Assembly (NCBI GenBank): GCA_965238005.1
Contig: OZ250165.1
Coordinates: 2,432,001-2,496,000 of the forward strand
DNA length: 64,000 bases
DNA from: Longimicrobiales bacterium
GTDB lineage: Bacteria > Gemmatimonadota > Gemmatimonadetes > Longimicrobiales > Gaopeijiaceae
Reading direction: 5' to 3'
This document shows positions 10,798 to 20,237 of the stretch, one piece after another (the first letter of the stretch is position 1; every line of letters begins with the position of its first letter). The notes beneath the pieces are model-generated. The model saw only the letters and a program-made list of their open reading frames with translations. It was not told where the DNA came from and made no database searches. The position numbers and the translations under genes were made by a program.

Positions 10798-11370
10798 ATG
10801 ACGGAGCCGCCCGAGATCGCCATCTACGCCGACGAGTCGTGCCTCGGCAACCAGTTCAGGACCCGTGCCAACCCTGGAGGCGCCGGAGGTCTCGTCGAGT
10901 ACTGGACAAGTGATGAGTGGGTGCGCCGGGACTACTGGGTCTCCGAGCCGGACACGACCAACAACCGCATGGCCCTTCGAAGCACGATCGAGGGCCTGAC
11001 TCTGCTACGGAAGCGCCGGTGCAGGGTCCACTTCGTCTCGGACAGCCAGTACATCGTGAAGGGGATGAAGGAGTGGCTGAAGGGGTGGAAGGCCCGGGGG
11101 TGGAGACGGAAGGGCGGTGAGATCGGCAACCTGGACCTCTGGAAGGAGCTAGATCGAATCGCCTCAGGGCACGAAGTCCGGTGGAGCTGGATTCGCGGCC
11201 ACGGCGGCCACGCGCAGAACGAGTACGCCAACCACCTGGCCACCCGAGCCGCCAAAGAGGGCACGGCGTCTGGGGGGCTCGTCGAGAGCGGATACCAGGT
11301 CTGGTTGGAAGAGCAGCGCGACAAGCAAGGTCGCTATCTCGATCATTTAGAGAACGCCCCGCCCGAATGA
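10798..11370 (+). CDS. rnhA: Ribonuclease HI
   Basis: IYADESC, TTNNRMAL, SDSQY, N.DLW, WIRGHGG..NE; the usual Glu of NNRME reads Ala here. Confidence 0.85.
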   Translation: MTEPPEIAIYADESCLGNQFRTRANPGGAGGLVEYWTSDEWVRRDYWVSEPDTTNNRMALRSTIEGLTLLRKRRCRVHFVSDSQYIVKGMKEWLKGWKARGWRRKGGEIGNLDLWKELDRIASGHEVRWSWIRGHGGHAQNEYANHLATRAAKEGTASGGLVESGYQVWLEEQRDKQGRYLDHLENAPPE

Positions 11371-11421
11371 TCAATCGGTGCACGGAACCGGCTACGAGGC
11401 CTGCAAAAGCAAAACCCTGCC

Positions 11422-11466
11422 AAAAAAAAGGAGCCCCCGGCGCGGCAAGCCGCTTCGAGGGCTCCT
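11422..11466 (-). terminator. Rho-independent terminator
   Basis: AGGAGCCC...GGGCTCCT stem followed by a run of 8 T on the minus strand. Confidence 0.8.
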
Positions 11467-11768
11467 ATTTCGTTGGTAGAAGCTTCGTCTCGCTTGGAGT
11501 CCTACCCACCTTCCGGCTCGCCTTACGGCTCGCCTTCTGTCGGGCAGCTGACTCAGCTTCCCTTGTCCCGTTGTCGCGCGGTCAGCAACTTCGGGTCCTC
11601 CGAGCTCCGGAGGGTTCAGCGGAGACCAACGACTCCTCCGCCGGCTCACCGAGGTCCAATCCTCGACTCGCTTCCACCGCTACGACGTCCCGTCCGGTGA
11701 ATCACGTTTCGCGATCCGCATGAAGGGATGACCAACGCCATCGAATCAGCGTGCCACACCGGAAACGC
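11422..11768 (-). ncRNA. Candidate structured ncRNA (~345 nt), family not recognised
   Basis: Bounded by a near-consensus promoter and an intrinsic terminator; no credible ORF; several hairpins, 5'/3' complementarity and about 16 GGA trinucleotides. Confidence 0.5.
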
Positions 11769-11774
11769 ACCTAC

Positions 11775-11803
11775 AGTATGGGCGGGCTCCTCCCTCGCGT
11801 CAA
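11775..11803 (-). promoter_or_regulatory. sigma70-type promoter TTGACG-N17-CATACT
   Basis: Near-consensus hexamers with an exact 17-nt spacer, pointing into the ORF-less interval. Confidence 0.65.
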
Positions 11804-12000
11804 GCTTCTAGAGCGTCGTCCGCGGCAAAACATATATTATCCCCCAACCAATTGTCAATCATAGTGTTACGCGATCGTGGAGATCGGTTTCGACCCCTCC
11901 GACGGAGGCCCGTAAACAGATTGGTTTTTCTCGCTCACACAGGGAAAGACGGGCGAGATCCGCGTTTGGGGTTCCGAAACAATAAGCCCCTTGAACGACC

Positions 12001-12714
12001 TCAGACCGCCTCTGAGGTAGGCTCATTTGTTGGCCCGCCAACACCAATATCGCGCTCAAACGCACTTGCGAAGGACTCGCGGACGACGGGGATGACCTCT
12101 GCGACTCCGATGGGCCGGGCGAGCTCTCTGGAGAGCGACGTCACCGAGCGGTCCGCGATGCCACACGGAACGATCGTCTGGTAGTAGGAGAGGTCGCTGT
12201 CGACGTTCAGCGCGAAGCCGTGGGAGGTGATCCAACCGCTGGACACACGGACGCCGATGGCCGCGATCTTTCGATCCTCCACCCAAACGCCCGTCAACCC
12301 CGGTACCGTTTCCCCCCGGACCCCCAGCTCCTCCAAGGCGGCGATGAGCATAGTCTCGAGGTCTCTCAAATAGCCGAGCAGATCCTGGCGATCGGGCTTG
12401 AGGTCCAGGATGGGGTAGCCCACGAGTTGGCCCGGACCGTGGTAGGTAACGTCACCTCCCCGCCCCGCTTCGAAGAGCTCGAGGCCGAGCTGAGTTCTGC
12501 GTGCGTCGTCGGCCAGCACGTGCTCGAGATTCGATCCTGTGCCGAGGGTGATGACGTGGGGATGCTCCAGGAGGAGGAGCTGGTCCGGTACCTCACCGGC
12601 ACGCCGACGCGCTACCAGATCCTCCTGGAGCTCCAGGGCCTCCCCGTACGGGACGAGGCCAAGGCTCTGTACCTCCAGCTCTGCCGAGTCACTCGAATAC
12701 GGAGGGTCCGACAC
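12001..12714 (-). CDS. lipB: Octanoyltransferase
   Basis: LLEHPHVITLG, RGGDVTYHGPGQLVGYP, KIAAIG, HGFALN, IVPCG. Confidence 0.95.
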   Translation of the reverse strand: MSDPPYSSDSAELEVQSLGLVPYGEALELQEDLVARRRAGEVPDQLLLLEHPHVITLGTGSNLEHVLADDARRTQLGLELFEAGRGGDVTYHGPGQLVGYPILDLKPDRQDLLGYLRDLETMLIAALEELGVRGETVPGLTGVWVEDRKIAAIGVRVSSGWITSHGFALNVDSDLSYYQTIVPCGIADRSVTSLSRELARPIGVAEVIPVVRESFASAFERDIGVGGPTNEPTSEAV

Positions 12715-12720
12715 CGGATG

Positions 12721-12812
12721 TTAGTGTCCTGCTTCCAAAGTGGCGCGGCCAGTCGAGGGCACGGTGCATCCGACCCTCTTGGTGGCTCCCGAACTTCGGA
12801 AACGGGACACTA
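12721..12812. mobile_element. MITE-like element family A, 92-bp internally deleted copy
   Basis: Imperfect TIRs TAGTGTCCTGCTTCCAAAGT / ACTTCGGAAACGGGACACTA; reverse complement aligns to both ends of 14911-15097; the terminal TAG is the E2 stop codon. Confidence 0.75.
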
Positions 12813-14216
12813 TGCGTCCTCGGGGAAGTCCTCCAGGAGCGCTTTGAGTCCCGAGAGGAATCTCGCGGCGTCGGCGCCATCCACGATCCGGTGATCGTAC
12901 CCGAGGGAGAAGAGCGACCGCTTCCGGATAGCGATGGCGTCCGTGCCCGTGGCCGGATCCTCCACCACCACAGTCCGCTTCTCGATGGCACCCGTGCCCA
13001 GGATCGCTGCGGTACCCTTCGGGATGACAGGCATCCCGACCAGAGTGCCGAGGACACCCGGGTTCGTGATGGAGAACGTGGCGCCCTGAATCTCCGACGG
13101 GTTGAGCCGCCTGGAGCGCGCCCGCTCGGCAAGGTCAATGATCTTCTTGCCGATGCCAACCAGGCTCAGATCGTCGGCGTCGTGGATCACTGGGACGATG
13201 AGCCCGGGATCGAGATCCACCGCCATACCGATGTTCACGTTGCCGCGGTGGATGATGCTGTTCCCTGACACCGTTCCGTTGACGTTCGGGAAGCTGCGCA
13301 GCAGGCGCGAGCACGCCCACGCCACGAAGGCCGTGTAGCTGACCCTGGCCCCCTGCTCCGCCCACTTGGCCTTGTTCGCAGCCCGGATCCGGTCCACGCG
13401 CGAGAAGTCGATCTCGATGAACGAGTGCACATGGGGTGCCACCCGCTTCGCCAGAACCATGTGCTTCGCCGTGAGCCGACGGATCTTGTCCATGGGCTCC
13501 ACCTGGTCGCCCTCGCGGACCGGGAACTCGGGGTGCTGCACCTCCCCGTAGAAGGCGGTCCAGAGGTCGGACGGAGCTGCTGCCGCCGCCGGTTGCGCGG
13601 CGGGTGCCGGAGCGGCCGGCTGCGCGACGGCCGGAGCTGGTTCGGTGGACGGAGCGACCGTAGGCTGCGCCGCAGCTCCGCCGCCCTCAATGAAGCTCAG
13701 GATGTCCTGCTTGGTGACCCGGCCGGCGTGGCCCGTGCCCGGCACGTCACGGATGGCGATTCCGTGCTCCTCGGCGATGCGCCTGACCACCGGAGTGGAC
13801 TTCGTCCGCAAGCGGTCCTCCGCCAACTGGGGGGCCCCGTCTTCGGACGGAGCCGGAGCACTCGGAGGAGGTGCGGGCTCAGCATCCGGCGCCGGTGTTT
13901 GCTCATCGGCAATGGGTGGTACCGCTGGAGCCGTTTCGGCCATCTCGGCTGGTTCGGCTACGGCCGGAGCACCACCCTCCGTGTCGATGAACGCTACGAT
14001 CGTGCCCACCTCGACCGTCTCCCCCTCCTGGATCCTGACCTCCACCAGGGTCCCCGACTGCGGGGAGGGGATCTCGGCGTCCACCTTGTCGGTGGAGATC
14101 TCCAGGATCGGCTCGTCTCGCTCGACCTTGTCCCCGACCTGCTTCAGCCACTTCGATACCGTGCCCTCGGCGATGGACTCACCCATCTGGGGCATGGGAA
14201 CCTCGATGCGGGCCAC
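12810..14216 (-). CDS. 2-oxoacid dehydrogenase E2 (dihydrolipoamide acyltransferase)
   Basis: Lipoyl domain STDKVDAE, subunit-binding domain TPVVRRIAEEHG, catalytic DHRIVDG. Confidence 0.93.
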   Translation of the reverse strand: MARIEVPMPQMGESIAEGTVSKWLKQVGDKVERDEPILEISTDKVDAEIPSPQSGTLVEVRIQEGETVEVGTIVAFIDTEGGAPAVAEPAEMAETAPAVPPIADEQTPAPDAEPAPPPSAPAPSEDGAPQLAEDRLRTKSTPVVRRIAEEHGIAIRDVPGTGHAGRVTKQDILSFIEGGGAAAQPTVAPSTEPAPAVAQPAAPAPAAQPAAAAAPSDLWTAFYGEVQHPEFPVREGDQVEPMDKIRRLTAKHMVLAKRVAPHVHSFIEIDFSRVDRIRAANKAKWAEQGARVSYTAFVAWACSRLLRSFPNVNGTVSGNSIIHRGNVNIGMAVDLDPGLIVPVIHDADDLSLVGIGKKIIDLAERARSRRLNPSEIQGATFSITNPGVLGTLVGMPVIPKGTAAILGTGAIEKRTVVVEDPATGTDAIAIRKRSLFSLGYDHRIVDGADAARFLSGLKALLEDFPEDA

Positions 14217-14310
14217 TCTGTTCTCTCCGATCTGTCGGTGCTCGAATCCGAATCGGCGACCCCAGAGTACCCGGAGGCTCGGTGGGCGGTCCCACGGTCG
14301 CCGTCCTGTC

Positions 14311-14486
14311 CTAGGAGCCCGTCCGGGTAATGGGGAGAGCCGCGTTAGGAGGCGCCACGAGGCCAGCCCCTAGGCGGCTCCCCGAAGGCATAGCCATAGC
14401 TACGTCGAGGGGCGCCAGCAACAGGGGGCACCGCCGCGAAGCGGTGGTCGGCCCCGTGCCGCCCTAGTCGGCCCCGTGCCGCCCTA
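14311..14486. repeat. Family B element (left end CTAGGAGCCCGTCCGG), right end missing, with a 20-bp tandem duplication
   Basis: Left end is the reverse complement of 45173-45188; internal GGGCACCGCCGCGAAGCGGTGGTC hairpin; GTCGGCCCCGTGCCGCCCTA repeated at 14447-14466 and 14467-14486. Confidence 0.6.
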
Positions 14487-14909
14487 ACCGGGCACCGACA
14501 GGGCACCAGCCCTGTTGGTCGGGCACAGGGGGGTTACGCGGTTGATCGGGTGTCTCTCCTCGTCGTATGCCGGCGAGATGAAGTCCATGAACTGCATCTC
14601 CACCACCGGTCGAAGCCCCATGTGCGCCGCCCCGGCCGCCGCCCCCGTGAAGCCGCCCTCGACGATGGGGGTATCGATGACGCGCTTTTCCCCGAAATAG
14701 TCCAGGAAGCCCCGCGTGACCTTGAACGCGCCACCGTAGACTCCAATGTCCTCCCCGATGAGGAAGACCGTGTCATCGGCGACCATCTCCTCGAAGAGAC
14801 CCTCGCTGACGGCCTCGAGGAAAGTCACGGTCTCACTGCGTTCGGTCTTCGTTACGTGCTCCGGCTTGACCGTGGTCACGACCGTGTCCGACTCGCGCTT
14901 CGCCGTCAT
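14484..14909 (-). pseudogene. 3'-truncated 2-oxoacid dehydrogenase E1 beta subunit
   Basis: [36 protein letters not shown]; similarity stops at ~14561 (~116 aa; the family is ~325 aa), then unrelated sequence. Confidence 0.8.
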
Positions 14910-14910
14910 G

Positions 14911-15097
14911 CTAGTGTTCCGTTTCCGAAGTTCGCGAGCCACCAAAAGGGTCAGGGCGCCGTGGGATCAAGGCGGGACGACACGGCGTAGCGCAAGCGGG
15001 CACCGCGCGAAGCGTGGTCGTAAGGAGTTCCAACGCCGAGGCCACGGATGCACCGTGCCCCTCGACTGGCCGAGACACTTTGGCAACGGGACACTGG
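14911..15097. mobile_element. MITE-like element family A, ~187-bp copy
   Basis: TIRs CTAGTGTTCCGTTTCCGAAGT / ACTTTGGCAACGGGACACTGG; internal GCGAAGC hairpin at 15007-15013. Confidence 0.75.
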
Positions 15098-15138
15098 CAT
15101 CGCCGCTCCGGCCTCCTGGCCCAAGGAACGATAGACGG

Positions 15139-15522
15139 TCAGTCGTTGCCTTCGTCGTTGCCGGTCGGGTTGTTGGCTTCACCAGTCTCGGTCGCCCCTT
15201 GTCCACCCTGATCGAGGGTGGGAAGGATCGGCTGCGCCGCAGGAGCCGTGGGCTGAGCGTCCGGACGAAGAATCGACTCGGGCAGCTGCGCTCGGGACGA
15301 CATGATGGACAGCACCAACGCCAACGCCATGAAGACGGATCCGGTGGTCCACGTGGCTCTGGTCAAGACGGTCGTGGCCTGCCGGCCACCCAGGATTCCG
15401 TCCGTGGCGGCGGCACCACCACCCATTGCCGCCAGACCGCCGCCCTTCCCCGACTGGAGGAGGACCACGACGCCGAGGAGAATCCCGTCGAGTACCAGGA
15501 GCGCAAGCAGTAAACCGAACAT
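15139..15522 (-). CDS. secG: Preprotein translocase subunit SecG
   Basis: VLLQSGKGGGLAAMGGG, two TM helices; downstream of tpiA. Confidence 0.92.
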   Translation of the reverse strand: MFGLLLALLVLDGILLGVVVLLQSGKGGGLAAMGGGAAATDGILGGRQATTVLTRATWTTGSVFMALALVLSIMSSRAQLPESILRPDAQPTAPAAQPILPTLDQGGQGATETGEANNPTGNDEGND

Positions 15523-15603
15523 GATCGTCTGGCTGAGAGGGTGCGAAACAGCAGATAAACCTCGCCGAGAAGCCCCCATGTGTCAACCCGGAAACCCTTG
15601 TAG

Positions 15604-16353
15604 TCAGCCGGCTTCAGCGATTACGGCGAAGGACTTGGCATCGAGGCTGGCACCCCCCACCAAGACCCCATCCACATCCGAGGCGGCCAGCAGCTCAGCC
15701 ACGTTGGAGGGCTTCACGCTGCCCCCATAGAGGATCGGCACTTCGGCGGCTCGATCCGCCCCCAGCGTCTCGACCATACGCTCCCGGAGAGTCCCGTGAG
15801 CGGCTGCGGCATCGGCCGAGGTCGCGGTCTCACCCGTACCGATGGCCCATACGGGCTCATAGGCCAGGAGGAAGCGTGGCGCACCCTCGGGGAGACCTTC
15901 CAGAGCTGCATCCAGCTGGCGGACAATCACCTCGTCGACACGACCCGCCTGGCGCTCTTCCAGTGTCTCTCCGACGCACACCACTGGAATGAGCCCCTCC
16001 CCGAGCGCCGCGGAGACCTTCTGCCGAACCTCGTCGTCCGTCTCGCCGAAAACGTGTCTGCGCTCGGAGTGACCCACGAGAGCGTACTGAGCCCCGGCGG
16101 ACAGGGCCATACCGGCCGAGTGCTCTCCCGTGTAGGCTCCCTTGGGCTCCCAGTGGATGTTCTGGATCCCCAGGGCCACCTCCGGACGGCCTGTGCGGGC
16201 TTCGACGGCGGCCAGCAGCGATATGGCAGGGGGGAAGATCACAATCGTTGGCTCTGGGTTCGAGAGCTCGGGCGAGAACTGGTAGAAGAATTCCCGCGTG
16301 GCGGAGGGGCCGTGATGCATCTTCCAATTGCCTGCGATTAGAGTTGGTCTCAC
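15604..16353 (-). CDS. tpiA: Triosephosphate isomerase
   Basis: AGNWKM, GHSERR, AYEPVWAIGTG, LYGGSV; start GTG 16353. Confidence 0.96.
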   Translation of the reverse strand: MRPTLIAGNWKMHHGPSATREFFYQFSPELSNPEPTIVIFPPAISLLAAVEARTGRPEVALGIQNIHWEPKGAYTGEHSAGMALSAGAQYALVGHSERRHVFGETDDEVRQKVSAALGEGLIPVVCVGETLEERQAGRVDEVIVRQLDAALEGLPEGAPRFLLAYEPVWAIGTGETATSADAAAAHGTLRERMVETLGADRAAEVPILYGGSVKPSNVAELLAASDVDGVLVGGASLDAKSFAVIAEAG

Positions 16354-16436
16354 TGGTCTTCCCCTTGGTGTCCTGTATTCTTGTGGTGCCCCGGATCCCT
16401 TAGATGTGCTCGATCGGAAGTTGTCATCGCAGCCCA

Positions 16437-17651
16437 TCAGCCCGACCGATCGGACAGCGCCTCGAGTCCCGGCAGCTCGGCGCCGGACAGGAAGTGGAGA
16501 GCCGCACCTCCCCCCGTGGATACATACGTCATCCGCGAAGCGACACCGGCGGCTTCGGCCGCCGCGGCCAAGTCGCCCCCACCGAGCACCACCGTGGCCC
16601 CGTCGGCGGCGGCCTGGGCGGCCACCTCGGCCATGGCGATCGTCCCGACCCCGAACTCCGGCACCTCGAACATTCCCATGGGGCCGTTCCAGACCACCGT
16701 CCCGGCGGCGGCCACCTCCTCGGCGAAGAGCCGGGTCGACGCCGGGCCGATGTCGCCGATCCGCTCCTCCGGCCTCACTTCCGTGCGAGGGACCTCTCGC
16801 GTCACGGCCCCGTCAGTAAGCTCCAGGGCAGTCACGACGTCCACCGGAAGCAGGATCTTGTCGCCGGCCCCGGCCATCAGATCGCGAGCAACCTCGATCC
16901 GGTCTGGCTCCACTAGGGACTGGCCCACCTCGAGGCCAAGAGTCAGGAAGAACGTGTTGGTCATTGCCCCACCGATGAGCAGCCGATCCACGGCCGGAAG
17001 AAGCGCCTCGATGACCTCGATCTTCCCTGAGATCTTCGCCCCACCGATGACCGCCACGAAGGGATGTTCGGGCTCGACGAGGGCGTCACCCAGGAAGCGG
17101 AGCTCGTTCTCCATGAGGTAGCCCGCCACGGCCTCGCCTCCGGCGTCCCGAACGGCGTCTGCGATGCCCGTGGTCGACGCATGGGCCCTGTGGGCGCTTC
17201 CGAAGGCATCGTTGACAAACAGGGTGGCACCGTGCCGAAGCTCCTCAGCCCACGCTCGTTCGTTGGATGTCTCTCCCTCGTAGAAGCGCGTGTTCTCCAG
17301 GAGTAGGACGCCTCCCTCCTCCAAGGCCTCCACTGCTTCACGGGCTTCGGGACCCGTAGTCGCGGGACAGAAGTGGACCGGACTCGCGAGCAGTACTTCC
17401 AGCCGCTTGGCGACTCCGCGAAGGGACAGGGCCGCATCGGGCCGCCCCTTCGGACGCCCCAGGTGTGAGAGAAGAACGACCCTCGCCCGGCCCTGGACGA
17501 GGTGGTGGAGAGTGGGAAGCGTCCGGTCTAGGCGCGTCTGGTCGGTGACCTGGCCGTCGTCGTCCAGAGGCACATTGTAGTCGACTCGGACGACCACGAC
17601 GCGGTCCGCGAGCGATTCAAGAGGAAGGTCTTGGAGGGTCTTCTTGGCCAT
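16437..17651 (-). CDS. pgk: Phosphoglycerate kinase
   Basis: RVDYNVP, SHLGRP, LLENTRF, WNGPMG, STGGGA. Confidence 0.96.
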   Translation of the reverse strand: MAKKTLQDLPLESLADRVVVVRVDYNVPLDDDGQVTDQTRLDRTLPTLHHLVQGRARVVLLSHLGRPKGRPDAALSLRGVAKRLEVLLASPVHFCPATTGPEAREAVEALEEGGVLLLENTRFYEGETSNERAWAEELRHGATLFVNDAFGSAHRAHASTTGIADAVRDAGGEAVAGYLMENELRFLGDALVEPEHPFVAVIGGAKISGKIEVIEALLPAVDRLLIGGAMTNTFFLTLGLEVGQSLVEPDRIEVARDLMAGAGDKILLPVDVVTALELTDGAVTREVPRTEVRPEERIGDIGPASTRLFAEEVAAAGTVVWNGPMGMFEVPEFGVGTIAMAEVAAQAAADGATVVLGGGDLAAAAEAAGVASRMTYVSTGGGAALHFLSGAELPGLEALSDRSG

Positions 17652-17764
17652 TAGCGTTGGAACATACAGAAGCCCGCCCGAACCGCTACCGGACGGTCAG
17701 GCTCCGACGTGCCCGTATGGGCTCCCACGCACGCGGGAGGGTGGCAACGATTTCCAGCGTGTAA

Positions 17765-18082
17765 TCACCGGCGGCCACTTCGGTCAGCTCCACGGCAACG
17801 TATTCGGTTACCCCAACCGTCGTCTCTCCCCCACACCTCCGGGTCGTCCGGAACTCGTGCACTCCGGAGGGACATACGTAAAGCCGGACCGCGGAAGGTC
17901 ACGTGCGAGCCCGCGCCGTAATCCCAGAAGACGGTCCTTAGCTCACTGCCCTCGCCCATGGCTCGCACGGAAACGGGAGGGCCGTAGCGGAGCAACACCT
18001 CGACCGCATCGGTGTCCAGGTCTCCGAATCGGAGGTTTGCGTAAGTGGCCCTTGCGAGGTGCTCCGCTTCGCGCTCGTTCAC
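17765..18082 (-). CDS. Hypothetical protein
   Basis: 105-aa ORF with GAGG upstream, co-oriented between gap and pgk; no recognised motif. Confidence 0.4.
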   Translation of the reverse strand: MNEREAEHLARATYANLRFGDLDTDAVEVLLRYGPPVSVRAMGEGSELRTVFWDYGAGSHVTFRGPALRMSLRSARVPDDPEVWGRDDGWGNRIRCRGADRSGRR

Positions 18083-18179
18083 CTCTGTGGTGAGGATCGG
18101 ATCGCGCGTGCCCCAGAACGCGTCGAGCGCGACTCGGAATTAAGCCACTGCCGCAAAACACTTTGTTCCCCGTCGACCC

Positions 18180-18431
18180 TCAGTGGGTTCCCCCTCCACC
18201 TTCGTCTACCACGACCCTTGCTGCGGCCTGTTCCTGACTGGAGCTGCTCGCACTCAACTCCAGGACCGCCTCACAATGCCCGCAATTCAAACGCCGAGCC
18301 GAACCCACATCCAGGAAGGCACCATCGCGGTGCCCGCAGACGGGGCACGTGTACGAAAACCACGGCTCCGAGGTGCCAGCCCCCTTGGCCCCCTGTCGAT
18401 CCCGTGACCCGCGCAGAGATTCGGGGTCCAT
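18180..18431 (-). CDS. Small zinc-ribbon-like protein
   Basis: CPVC...CGHC; starts 4 nt after the gap stop. Confidence 0.55.
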   Translation of the reverse strand: MDPESLRGSRDRQGAKGAGTSEPWFSYTCPVCGHRDGAFLDVGSARRLNCGHCEAVLELSASSSSQEQAAARVVVDEGGGGTH

Positions 18432-18434
18432 CGG

Positions 18435-19493
<1,059 letters not shown>

Positions 19494-20237
19494 TTAGACA
19501 TAGGGACAGGCCCGTGCAAAGGTCGATAGAAAGACCTCTGCGGCGCCTGCCTGAACGAGCCCTCGGGCCGCCGCCGACGCGGTGGAGCCGGTGGTCAAGA
19601 CGTCATCCACGAGCAGCACCCGGGCGCCTGAAAGCACGACCACGGCGTCGTCCCTGACCGCAAAGGCCTTCTTGACGTTAGCCCGGCGCTGAGCCGGGTG
19701 CAACCCGACCTGAGTGGGGCCTCCATGGCGCCTTTCGAGGGCCTCCTGAAGTGGCCGGCCCACCTCTTCGGAAACCGCCGAAGCGAGGAGGTGGGCCTGG
19801 TTGTAACCCCTCGATCGCATCCGTCGCCTGGTCGTCGGGACTGGGACCACGAGATAAGGGCCCGAGGCCAGGGGAGGAGGTATCGCGCACCGAGCCATCC
19901 GGGGGCCCATGAAGCCCGCCAGCTCGGCCCAACCACCGTACTTGAGTCCATGGACCAGATCGTCCGCCGGGGGTCTGAGCACCACCGCCGAGCGCGCGCC
20001 CGTCAGCTCCGCACCCCAACCGCCGCACTCCAGGCACACCGGCCCCAGCACGGCCCGCGAGCCGAGGGGATAGCCGCACCGGTCGCAGCGGGGCCAAGGC
20101 GGCTCCCGAAGCCTGGTCCGGCAGCGTCCGCACACCAGCTCCGAGGTGCGCTCCAGAGGAAGGTGGTCTCCACAGCCCAGGCAGGCCGCGGGCAGAAAGA
20201 AGTCGAGCAGTTCACGAGCGAGACTCCCGTGGCTCAT
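19494..20237 (-). CDS. comF: ComF family protein (Zn ribbon + PRTase)
   Basis: CxxC pairs, RGYNQA, LLVDDVLTTGST. Confidence 0.9.
   Translation of the reverse strand: MSHGSLARELLDFFLPAACLGCGDHLPLERTSELVCGRCRTRLREPPWPRCDRCGYPLGSRAVLGPVCLECGGWGAELTGARSAVVLRPPADDLVHGLKYGGWAELAGFMGPRMARCAIPPPLASGPYLVVPVPTTRRRMRSRGYNQAHLLASAVSEEVGRPLQEALERRHGGPTQVGLHPAQRRANVKKAFAVRDDAVVVLSGARVLLVDDVLTTGSTASAAARGLVQAGAAEVFLSTFARACPYV

Noticed and set aside
11740..11756. Sigma-54-like TGGCACG on the minus strand
   Set aside because: The -12 position reads CG instead of the required GC; the TGGCAC near 823-828 also has the wrong spacing.
11422..11770. Identification as tmRNA, RNase P RNA, SRP RNA or tRNA
   Set aside because: No tRNA-like ends or CCA, no GAAAGTCC RNase P core and no complete SRP loop motif.
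14222..14560. Possible group II intron or intein interrupting E1-beta
   Set aside because: No GUGYG 5' end, domain V or downstream exon, and no RT ORF; better explained by a repeat element plus deletion or misassembly.
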